Assembly (NCBI RefSeq): GCF_009834535.1
Contig: NC_045696.1
Span: 17,920,001-17,984,000, forward strand
DNA length: 64,000 bases
Direction: 5' to 3'
DNA from: Camelus ferus
Taxonomy: Eukaryota
Shown: piece by piece, positions 49,450-61,350 of the stretch
Layout of the letters: each line of letters begins with the position of its first letter
Position numbering within the stretch: position 1 is the first letter of the stretch
Notes under the pieces: generated by a model
Database searches by the model: none
Told to the model about the DNA's origin: nothing
Seen by the model: the letters and a program-made list of their open reading frames with translations, nothing else
Program-made: the position numbers and the translations under genes

Positions 49450-52400
49450 GTGAGGAGCTTGGAGAAAGCTCTCTCCTAAAGAGACACCTACTAAGCTGGG
49501 CAAAATTTGGACGGACAAGTATTCAAGTTTCTGAAGTTTGATCAATGATTTACAGCAAATTAAGAAGCATTTATTCAACAAAATTATGAAAACTCAGTAG
49601 GAAAAGCAGGCTGGCTGCAGCATTTGAGCTAGAACTGCACCACGCCCCACCACGCCCCCGCCACGCAGTCGTGTTGAAGAGCTGTCCCAGTGGGCTCGGC
49701 AGCTGAGTAGCAAAGCGCATTTTTCCAAGATCCCTAAGAGGAGAGCTACTTCAAGTGGTTTTAGCAGTTTATGAACACTGGCAAAACACATTTTTCACAG
49801 CTTTGTGCTGTGTAGGGTTTTTACTGAGAGGCTAAAGTCAACTAGGCAGCATGCATTTTCCACCTCACCTCCCAACTCCCACTACACAGGGAGGATACAG
49901 CTGGCGGGTTTGGTGAAGAGAGATGCCTCCTCCTGTACAGCTATGTATTGAGGGAGAGCTGCTCTGGCTGGTGGCTCACATCAACCCCTACTTCCTAGGG
50001 AAGATTAATTCTGCATACACTGGTCAGGCGGTGAACCTTGACAGATGATTATCATCTTTGGCTCTGAGCTGCAGAATATCCATATAGGAGGATGGACAGC
50101 AGCCAGATGAAAAACAAAAACAGTTCTCACCCCATTCTCTCTGCACACACAAAGATCCAACTCCTGCTCCGCTGAGAAGGACTCGTTAGAGCAGCTGATG
50201 AGGAAAAAGTTTTTCTTCCTCCCTTGTTCCTTCTCTGTAGCTCAGGATTTTTGTCAAGGAGGCAGTCCTAGCAAACCCCAAAGACAAGGGACGTTTGGCT
50301 CTTACGAAAGGACTTAGCTTACTTTGTTGGATCTGAGACTGAGCAGTGATTTATCCCCAGAGTATTACTGAAAAACAACAGAACAACCAGGCAATACTCA
50401 GTGGAAGCTTACAGCTGATCTAAGAGAAAAAGAGGTTAACCAGCCCAAATTAGTGGGGAGATAAGAGACGAAGACAGCTTAAAAAAAATTAGTCAAAACC
50501 CGGATTATCCCAGATGGTCAGGATACTGTATGAAAGTGCAAGGCTGTGTTCTCTGAGGAAGTGGATATCAGAGACAAACACTGCAGAGAAGCCAACAATT
50601 AAACAAACAAGCAAAGAAACAATAATAATAACAACAAGCCCTTGAGGCTTGTGTGGGGTGGAGAGGGTTGGTCTCAATATTCAGAGTTGTTACAGTGTTC
50701 TATCCAAAGCATCAAGTTTACAACAAAAATAGACAACATATGTAAATAAACAGGAACGAGTGAGCCATGCACAGGAAAAGCAGCAGGCAAGAGAAAAATG
50801 TACGTGAATGGGCCCAAATAAAGGTAGCTATTTGAGATAATATGGTAGCTATTATAAATATACTCAAAGAGCTAAAGAAATTTATGATTAAAAATAAAGA
50901 AGGTATAAAGAAAATGTTTTATAAAATAGGAAATAGCAATGGAAATAAAGAAATTACAAAAAGAAAAAAAAGAACTAAGTAGAAATTCTGGAGTTGAAAA
51001 GTACAAGGACCAAAATGGAAAATTCATTAGAAGAACACAACAGTAGATCTGAACGGACAAAACCGAGAATAGGTGAGTGGACTTAAAGATAGATTGACAG
51101 AGATTGAATATTCTGAAGAACAGGGAAAGAAAAAACAAAGAAAAATGAACAGAACCTCAGAGAAATATGTAATACTATTATGCATGCCAACTTACATGTA
51201 ACAGTAAATACCAGGGGAACAGACCAAGAAAGACAAAGAAAGAAATTCAAAGTAATACTGGTTGAAAACTCCCCAAATTTGAAACTTTCATCTATGCATC
51301 TACAAAGGTCTATGAACTACAAATATGATAAATATAAAATATGTCAATGATACATTTTCAAAGTTTTGAAAGAAAAATAGAAAATTTTGAACGTACCAAA
51401 AGAAAAATGACTTATCACGCACAAAAGAACTCCAAAAATATTAACAGCTAGTGTTTCATAATAAATCATGAGGCCAAAACACAATGTGATGGCGTAGTGA
51501 AACGCTGACACAAACTACTAACCAAGAATTGTATTTCCGACAAAACAATTCTTAAAATATTAGGTGAAACAAGTATATTTCCAGATTCAAAAATAACTAA
51601 ACCAAGAAAACGTGAAAGTAAATGACACTAGACATTAATTCAAATTCCATATGAAAAAACAAAAAGCACCAATAAAAGTGATCATGTAGTTACTTACACA
51701 AATCAGTATAATTCTATATTTATTTTCCTTTCTTCATTTAACTGAAATAAAAAGTAATTGCATAAAAATGTATGTAATTGTATTGTTGGACTTACAGCAT
51801 ATAGAAATATAGTGCATTCGACAATGAGAGCACAAAGGAAGCAGGTAGGAAGGAGGCAAAGGAAATGACACCAAGGAGTAATCCGAATCTACTGTAAGAA
51901 ATGCAGACAATCAGAACTGGTATATAAGAAATTTCATATAACAAATTCTGTAAATGTACACTCACTCTCATTTCTTCACTCAGCTTTTTAAAAGATATTA
52001 AATTATACAAAGTAATAACTATAGGAATACATACTGGATTTGTAACATACATGGAAATATGCATAAAATATGTATAAAAAGGGAGGTTGAGCTAAATAGG
52101 GAAAAAGTAGAAATACTCATTGCAGTAAAATTATTACAGTCTGAAGTAGATTCTTATAAGATATATATTGTAGATCTAAAAAAAACCCCCTAAAATAAAA
52201 ATAAAATCATTTAAGAAATCAAAATATTACGCCAAAAAGTGAGAAAAAACAGATGTTCAATTAACATGCAGAACAGTCATTAAATTGGTCGTTATTTTGT
52301 AATAAAGTTAATAAAGTAGTGATATATACCACAACATGGATGAACCTTGAAACCATTATGCTAAGTGAAAGTCAGTCACAAAAATCAATATACTGTATGT

Positions 52401-52650
52401 TCCATCCATATTAACTGTCCAGAACAAGCAAATCTAGAGACAAAAAGTACAACAGCAGTTTTCTAGAACTAGGAATGGAAGGCAAAATATGTATGGGTTT
52501 CTTTTTCAGGGTGATGAAAATGTAAAATTAGATCGTGCTGATGGTTGTACACATTTGTGAATATGCTAAACACTGTTGAATTCATCCTTTAAAGGAATTA
52601 ATATTACAAGTTATAGCTCATAGAACTGTTAAAATGAGTTAAAAAGAAAA
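49450..52650 (+). mobile_element. Ancient L1 (L1MC/MD/MB-like): 5'UTR, ORF1 region and a 3'-end fragment
   Basis: A-rich ORF1-like tract (GTAGCTATTATAAATATACTCAAAGAGCTAAAG; AAAATGAACAGAACCTCAGAGAAATATG) and a 3' end ATGAACCTTGAAACCATTATGCTAAGTGAAAG near 52340. The 5' boundary is uncertain. Confidence 0.65.
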
Positions 52651-55035
52651 AAACAGTGCATAAGGGTTAACAAAAATTTGTTCAAATACAGATACAGGTA
52701 TTAAAGAAAGAAAGTTATTAAATTGTGCATAAAGTCACAGTGAAAATTGAAATAAAAACAACCAAACATAAAAATATGAAATATCAGGATGTCATTAAAA
52801 AAAATTCTTGGCATCTTCCAGATTCTGGGAATTTCCTTCAGACAGACTGGAACTATAGTTAGATTGAAGCCCAGCTTGACAGGTACCAAATTTCCCTCAC
52901 TTATTAACATGTTAGACATTCATATAACTTTGACATAAGTATAAATAATATTCATTTACTGGTGACAAAAATGAGATTCAGAAACTTTCCAAGGTCATCT
53001 CAATAGATTTAAAACTGCTTTTTTCCACTTTATCTCAAAATATTTTTTTTCTGTACATCATTCATTTAAAACTACTCATTGTCTGTTACAGATAATAAAA
53101 TTGCTGCAAATGTATCTGAGGTTCTGAATAAAACTGGAATCATCTTATACCTTCTGGGGAGCATAAATAGAAGGGCAATGGAAGTCTATTTCTAAAAAGT
53201 CCTACTCCCATCTCCCCTAATTTTTATAATGTTTCAACAATTGAGCCATACTGGAACACAGCATCTGTCTTTCTTAAGTAATTGCTTCATTTATTTTTAA
53301 AGCCAGAGTAGTATGGGCTGGAATATCCAGGTATTAAAAAATAGTGCAAATATTATGTTGCAGCCTAATTTTTATTTTATGGATTGTTGTCTCCATATGG
53401 CACAATTATCTCTGCTATTAAAAGTTGGGGCATAAATTAGTAGAGGGGAAGCTTTTGCCTGTTATTTATCTAAATTAAGACAAAATGAAGGTTCTATGAT
53501 TCTAAAGGAAAAATTTATCAGGAATAATTTGATGTGATAATTTTATATCAAGGGACTTGAAACTTTTCAGAAAAAGTGCATGTTTATGATAGAACATTTG
53601 TAATAGCAAATAGAACAACAACAAATGATACAGTTTACAAAGAAGGAGATGAAGGATATATGGGTTAAATGACCTGCCCAAGGACATATAAATTTGGTGA
53701 GAGAGTAGGAATTGAAATTGTTTTTGCTGGATCCTGCAGAAAACTTTCTCCCATCTCACTAAAACATCTCCACTTAACATACATAATCATGGATTAAAAA
53801 TAGCATATAGTGAGATCAAAACACATATTCTAAGACATAATTGAACAAATCAAATTAGCTTAAATTGCACATTTCAAGTGTTATAAACTTGATGTAATTA
53901 ATGACTCATAAGACAATTTTGACTGACTTTAACATTAATTTAAAGAAGAAAAGTACTTCATAAAATAGATCATCTAAGCATAAAATGACCTGAAGAATTT
54001 ATGGGTAGAAATAATTGTCTACTTTTACTTTGAATAACTATAAGGATATTAAGATCATCTGAAAGACATTGGAAAGGCAATATTAAATACTAGTAAACAT
54101 CTGATTTCCTAGTTGAGCACTAACTCACTATATGAATCAGGTCAAATAGTTTTTTCTCCCATTACTAGAATTTGCTCTGTAATTTGGAAAGAAATGTAAC
54201 TCATGTAACTCAATGAATTCACTGATTTCACTACTAAGATAATTCTCTGCTGAACGTACTGTATTCTCTCAACCTCACAGTTTTACGAACGGCAATTTTT
54301 GGTCCATGGTTCCAGTCACTACACCAGCTAGATTGGTCAAAAGCTTTTATTTGCATGCAAAAATCACAAAAGTGGAGTTGAGGTAAATTTTATTCATATA
54401 TTAATTTGGAATTATGCTAGTTATAACTAAGTATTATTCATTATTTTTATTTGAAAGAGTATTTTGCTTTTATCTGATTTACTATTTGAATTATTGGTAT
54501 TTTGGGTTCTAACTTGGGTTGAAGAAATTTAAGATCTCCAGGGGTAAATTAGTATTCCCAATCTTTAAGCTAGTTTTGTTAAATCTCTTAAAAACTATGT
54601 GATTGTAATATTACAGAAATCAGTTTAAAGCAGAGAATGAAACTAGTATAATCCTGATGCCAGTTCTTAACAAAGTCAGAGGAACAAAAGAAAACTTAGA
54701 TCATTATTTTATATATATATGAAATTGTAAGTAAATAAATAAATATTTTAAAAAGTCACCTCTGACACCTTGTCATTAATAACTACATCTTACAATAAAA
54801 CAAACAACCAAACAAAAACCCACAACAGGCACCACAGGCATGTACATACACACATACACACACACACACACATGCATACATAGATGCACACATGAGGCAT
54901 TATGAGTTAGAACCAGTACAAACAAAAGCCAACTCAGTAAGACCTTCAAATATGTCACTTATTAGAATTACTAAAAATAAAAAAATACAAAACAAATGTT
55001 TCCTTTATTTAAATAAATTAAAAATGAGACTTCAA

Positions 55036-55150
55036 GGGGGAAGGGTATAGCTCAGTAGAGTGTGTGTTTAGCATGCATGAGGTTCTGGCTTTAATCCCTA
55101 GTACTTCTATTAAAAATAAATGAAACTACCCCAAAAAAGACAACGATGAC
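55036..55150 (+). mobile_element. tRNA-Ala-derived SINE (camelid vic-1-like), older copy
   Basis: GGGGGAAGGGTATAGCTCAGTAGAG...; TSD AAAAAT(G/A)AGACTTCAA at 55020-55035 / 55151-55166. Confidence 0.88.
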
Positions 55151-55551
55151 AAAAATAAGACTTCAAATATTAACATTAAAATTAATATAATACAAATAGT
55201 AGATTTCAAAAAAGGCAGCAGTTTAAACCTGGAAATGAACTGAAATTTATAAAAACCTTCATCAACAGTTTAAATAACAGAACAGGTACAGGAAAAGAGA
55301 ATTAGTAAACAGAAGCAGAGGTAAAAAGACACTCAGAACATATCAGAACAAAAAATCAAATGTTAAATATTTGAGAAAGGGTAAGAGAAATGAAGTAAAA
55401 ATTGAGAACTAAAGTGGAATTCCATAGGAAATTAAAAAAAATTGAGAAGTTTCTAGACTGAATTAACAATATAAATAATAATTTGGAGGAGTCCAAATTT
55501 CACAATTAGAGTAAATGAGAATATATCTATACCAAAATTGCAGAACCATTC

Positions 55552-56041
55552 TGCAGCAGGAAGTCTAATGGCCTTCCCAACACTGTCCATGTCTTAATCC
55601 CTGGAACCTGTGACTACATTCCCTTATGTGACAAAGGTACTTTGTGAATGTGATTAAGGTTAAGGATCTTGATGTGGAAACATTATCCTGGATTATCCAG
55701 TGGTGCCCAATCTAATTACACAAGTCCTGAAAATCTGAACACCTTCCTGGCTGTAATCAAACAGATGTATGAAAACTGTACCTGTTGCTGTCTCTGAAGA
55801 TGAAGATAGAGGTCCATGAGAAAAGGAGTGCAAACAGCCTCTAAAAGGTGGAAAAGGCAAGGAAACAGAGTCTTCCCCAGAGCCTTCAGAAAGAAAGCAG
55901 ACCTGCTGATCTGACCTTGATTTTGGCTGACTGAGACCTGTGTTGGACTTCTAATACACAGAACTGTAAGATAATTATTTTTGTTGTTGTAAGCCGCTAA
56001 GTTTTTGGTAAAATGGTACAGCAGCAAAGAAAACTAATACA
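55552..56041 (+). mobile_element. MLT1D-like solo LTR, inserted among old L1 fragments (about 55200-56750)
   Basis: TAATCCCTGGAACCTGTGA...GTGATTAAGGTTAAGGATCTTGA...TTATCCTGGATTATCC...AAAACTAATACA. Confidence 0.87.
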
Positions 56042-57231
56042 AATATAAAGAGTTATTTCTTAAAATATTTAGAGGAAAAAATATAGCTTTTAATAAGAAA
56101 ACATGTTTGTACTGACATAGAAGCATCAATGGGATTCAGAAGTATGTGAAATAATATATTCAAAGATCTGAAAGAAAACATCTTTCAACCTAATATTGTG
56201 AATTCAGTGAAAGTGTCATTCAAGAATGAGAGCAAAGTGGATATAGTTTCAGGTAAACCAAACCCAAATAAGTTTACCGCAAAACAAAAACAAAAACAAA
56301 ACCAAAAAAAAGAAAAAAATCACCAAAGCCTAATCTTAAGCAATGGTACCCCTTGGACCAGCAACAAGCACAGTATCTGTGAGATTTGGAGAAACAAAAA
56401 ATAAAATGAAGAAATAATAAATAATAAAATAAGTATCAGAAGTGATGCAGAAAATGTGATAAAATTGAACTATCCATACATAACAGCTCTTAGTGAATTA
56501 GGAATAGAAAGACTTCATATCTAGTTAAAAGTACTTGACAAGAAACCTATAGCAAATGCTATACATAATGGTAGTTTTTATTCCCCTTTAAGAAAAGGAA
56601 CCAGATAAGTATGTCTACTATCATCTTTCAAATAAAACACTGAAGTATCAGACTTAGCAAAACAAATAAACAAAAAAAGCAGACCTATAAGTAAGAGAAT
56701 TAAAACTGAAAACGAAAATGGTGTATGCTGGTACATGGTATGATTATATTCATGATCATTGCACAAAGTAAACTGCTTCTTAGCACAGTGCATTTACCAA
56801 ATTAATTTCTAATTTGTAATGAGTGCTTATACTGTATCTGAAGAATAGCTTGCAAAAAAGTGGCCCCTGTACTCTTTTAAAGAAATAGACATTCAGAAAA
56901 TAATAACTCTCCCCTATTTACCCTAAATATTCCCTTGATAATATGACTATTTGACATTGTATATTCTAGTTGTCTCATTGCTTATAATAGATCGTTTTAT
57001 TTTAATTAAATGACAAGGCATGAAAAATCTAGGGGAACAAAACTGTTACTCTCAAATTTGGTTAGGCAACAACATTGCGAATGAAAAGGAGTGTCTGATA
57101 GTCAAGCCCCAATGAATAAGCAAAGCAAGACCTGGATATTGTGAGTGGTAAGTGTGAATATTCATTGAATGGTTTATTGGTAAAATAATACAATATGGAG
57201 TGCTGAAAGTGGTTTCAGGATATTTAAAAAT

Positions 57232-57264
57232 GTGTGTGTGTGTGTGTGTGCATGTGTGTGTGTG
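57232..57264. repeat. (TG)n microsatellite
   Basis: Interrupted TG run just upstream of the tandem duplication. Confidence 0.93.
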
Positions 57265-57283
57265 AAGAAGTGAGTTACATTAT

Positions 57284-57493
57284 TATCCACGTAAAGGAAA
57301 CACAGCTACTTCGTCATGAAATTTTCTCTTCCAGATTGAAAAGTACTTCTATTTCACTTGTAAAAATTCTATCTATAATTTAGTGAAATATCCACATAAA
57401 GGAAACACAACTACTTTAGTCATGCAATTTTCTCTTCCAGATTGAAAAGTACTCTATTTCACTTGTAAAAATTCTATTTATAATTTAGTGAAA
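57284..57493. repeat. Tandem duplication, 2 x 105 bp
   Basis: TATCCAC(G/A)TAAAGGAAACAC...TAATTTAGTGAAA at 57284-57388 and 57389-57493; about 5 substitutions and 2 one-base indels. Confidence 0.95.
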
Positions 57494-60269
57494 AATACTA
57501 ATGTGTAATTGTGCTCTATAAAAGTGTAATAAATATTTGATATGGGGTATGTGTCACATGGAACTGTAGATGGACTCGAGGATGCAAAATAATATTTGCA
57601 AATATACATTGTCTGTATTAGACCCATAAGCATAGAAGGGCATCTATTATAGTAAAAGCTTCAACATTTGGAGTAATGATTAAAAAAAAAATCTCAAGAA
57701 AAGCAAGGACTCATGTATCAAACGCCACTGTGCAAATACAAATTACAGAAATCCTTTTCTATGTACAATTCACTAGCCTAGAATGCAGGAACAAAATAAA
57801 TATTCTGTTTATTTTCCTCATTTGGGAAATTTGAAATTGATTTAAAGACTTTCATAATTTTGTGAACACATAAGATTTAGCTCAATTATATAGACTGGTT
57901 GATTATTTGCAATGGAATTGGGTTTGCTTTGTGGCCTGGTTAACATGAGAAATTTCAAGTTAATCTCTCAGTGAGACAATATTCATGTGGTAGTAGAAAT
58001 CCTTGGATCTGTCTCAATAATCTAAACAAGAAATACTAAGAATCAACTTCCTGAGTGATTTTAGTTGTTTAAAACACTTTTAAGTGAAAAAGCATTAGCT
58101 ATATAAGGATAACAGGTAAAATTCACTCTTACCAAGTTTGCCTCATGTCGCTTTTTCAGTAGTCTCCCTTAAGGTAAAATCACACACACACATATGTATA
58201 TATGCTATTTCTAAGCAATAGTTGCTTAATTTGGTATCTTCCATAAAAATAAACTTGTTTTATTATTTTATATAGAATTCCAAAAATGTATAGAATTTTT
58301 TATTGAAACATAAATTACTGATAAAATATGATGCATTTTATTTGATGAGCTGTTTATTTAGAAGTAGAACATTTTCATCAGAAGTATTTATTGTTTAAAA
58401 AACGTTTCTCCCTGATTCCTGAAGGTTAAAATATAATAAAGCTGCCTTCTGAGAAACATTTCTGAATTCAACTGAGTGAACTAAGTGTCCACTTGTAGAC
58501 ATCTCAGCTAATTAAATCCAACGGAGGAAGTTTTGAACATATCACTTTGGAAGGTAAAGTGCTTCTTGGGCTTATGGAATTTCATTTCAGAAACAAAGAA
58601 AGAATCAAAGAACACTGTGAGAATGGTTCTGGAAGATGAATGAAGTAGTTTAATTCAGATTTCATTCTGTTGTTCATATTCTGACCTAAATAGATGTTGT
58701 ATAATATACTTTTATCAAATTTTTTAAGACAAAGAAGCACAACTTATAAATTCTCTAAATTGTGTAGACAGAAATGGTCATTCCGAAATGGCTGTTGACA
58801 CGTAAATGTTATTATAAGTGCATTTTTATCTTAGGCAGATGTAGAAAATTCAGCATCTAAGCAATTGATGTACGGAGCTGACACTGGAGGGGTTACTGCC
58901 TTCCTGTAAGATATTTTTTTCCAAAGCAACTTCCCAAAGTAGCTTTGATAATAGTTTCAGACAGCAAGTGAGTAATCATTTTTATAAAGAGAATTATCCA
59001 GGGAAACAGTACACCAAAATACATAGAAGGCCAAAAAAAATAATATTCCAAAATAGGTAAAAATGAATGCATTTATATAGGTCTCCTTCCTTCCTCCTTT
59101 TATTTAGCAGATGAAAGCAGCACATTAATTAGGTGTACCTGGAGAAAGAATTTTCCAGAAGGAAAAAAAAAGTTGTGCTTAGGGATTGTTGGTGTCTTTG
59201 GAAAAGGTCCCCAGGAAAAGAACTGTCATTGTTGGGCCAGAGGACTCTGGCTTTATATACATTCCTGCCCCCACTGGTGGGTACTCAGCAAGTAGGAAGA
59301 TTCTTACACGAAAAGGGTTGGCGGTTAAAAAAAAACTGAATTGAATATAGTAGCCATGATATTTTTACAGACAACCATTTTCACACTGAATCAAAACAGC
59401 AGAAACATATTTTATACTTGCTTTACAGACTGAGACTGTGCGGGGCCATTACAGATTCAGAGATGATAACAACCAGTTGCTGAAATAACAGCACTAAACT
59501 TTGCAGCTCGATGGCTGTCACTTTATAGTTAATTACTTGTTCTTCATTAGCAGTTAACAATGCGTTTTACTTGTGAAAAACCGATAAAGATACATAAAAC
59601 ACGCGCACATTATTCTTATGATAATTAGCTTACAAAGAACTAATATATTTTAAATGTCATGATAATATTGGCATTTCTATCCTGTTTTCTCATTTCTGCT
59701 ATTATATTCTAGAACCATACTGTGGCTTTTCAAAATTTCTCTCAATATTTTGTGTTTGTATTTTTATTTGAGCAGGCCCTAATGTATTTTGTAAAGCAGA
59801 TGTAAATATGCCTAAATTTATCTGAACTTAATTTTAAGGTCTCTGTAATTAACATGAGGTCCACTCTGTTCTGTGCCTATAATTAATGAAAGTTACTGAA
59901 ATAAAATTGCTTCTTTTTTCAAGGTGATAATTTAGGGGAAAACCAACTATATCCACTTATGTACTCAGCTTTTACTTCTAATTTTATATAGACAATAGGT
60001 TATGACGGTCCTATTGACAATAGGTCTGTCATATTGCAATGGCGAAGAGAAACAGACACGTTTGATGCATAAAGTATCTAAAATCTGACACTGTGTTTGG
60101 AATTCTACTGCCTGTTAGCAATGGTTTCTTAAAGATTTTTATCTGAATTGACTACTCAGTGTTCAGTATTCAATCAGTTGTATCTAATGGCCCTTCTTTG
60201 CCTTCCTGGTAATTTTATCTTATGCAGTACTTGGGGTAGCAGCAAACTCCTCTCCAGAGCTACTATAAA

Positions 60270-60780
60270 ATTCAAACTGCACTCATAAAAACAAAAACCC
60301 AAGGTTTCAGTATGATGTCTAGAGTAGAGCTGTAGCCCTCATAAACTCGTGAATCATTTAGAAACGCATTTGAAGGCCCCTAAAATTCAGAAAACCCAGC
60401 CGATAATAGGTTAAGTGAATATTCTTTTTCCTCACATATCAAGAAATCTAGAGGTTGTAGCTAGGACTCGTGCAACGGTTCAGCAATTACCAGCCCCTTC
60501 TTTCTTTGTTGTCCATTACACATACTTAGTAGGGTGGCCTATCATTCTATGGTTGAAGAATTTCTAATGAAGCTCCAGACTTCGCTTTCTGTTTTAAAGC
60601 AAGAAAGAGTGAAAAGAAAGCAGAAGCTTTCCTGAGAAATTACCCTGGCACCCCAGGAAATTTCTGTGTAAATTTAATTGTTTGTATCTGCTACCATTAT
60701 GGAGGAATAAAAGGCATTTAAGCTTTTTCCGATAGATGAGGCAGGATTTTGGAATAGGTATATGATTAGCAAATTGTACT
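60270..60780 (-). mobile_element. Degraded MLT1J/K-like LTR
   Basis: CTCACATATCAAGAAATCTAGAGG...GAAGCTCCAGAC...; weak resemblance only. Confidence 0.4.
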
Positions 60781-61129
60781 ATCAATCTGAAGCCTTGTGA
60801 TCCATACATAATTTCTCCAGTAGTCAACTCCTTTTAGCAGTATGTCCTTTCTGTAGTAGTGCTTGATACTGCATCCCTACAAATACCTTCCTCTTTCTGC
60901 TGCATCTTTAGTCCTGAAGGGGCTAGAGATCAGTTAACTGACATTCAGTAAGGGACAGTTTTAGACTTCTTAGACATTCCTCCCAGAATGTATGAGAACC
61001 CAGCTCCATCCACATTTTCCTTCCAACAGAATTTAAACTCGGTTGGGATGCTTGGTAATAAATACAAATTTTTTAAAAATCTTACATTAATCATCTATAG
61101 AGAAGAGTATCTTATAACACTAAACAATT

Positions 61130-61350
61130 GCACAGCTCTGACAATGTGCCAAGTATTATCTGATAACTTTATAACCGTTCACTCATTTAATACCTGCATA
61201 GACCATTTGATCTTAATTTTGCACAGAATAGGACTACAGTTCTACAGAGCTTAAGTGACCTTCCCAAGGTCATTCAAGTAGTTACTGGCAGAGGCAGAGA
61301 TCACACCCAGTGAGCCTGGCTGCAGAGTCCATTGTCTTAACTACACTCTA
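61130..61350 (-). mobile_element. MIR SINE
   Basis: ATGTGCCAAG...CTCATTTAAT...TTAAGTGACCTTCCCAAGGTCA...GGCAGAGGCAG...CAGAGTCCATTGTCTTAAC. Confidence 0.75.
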
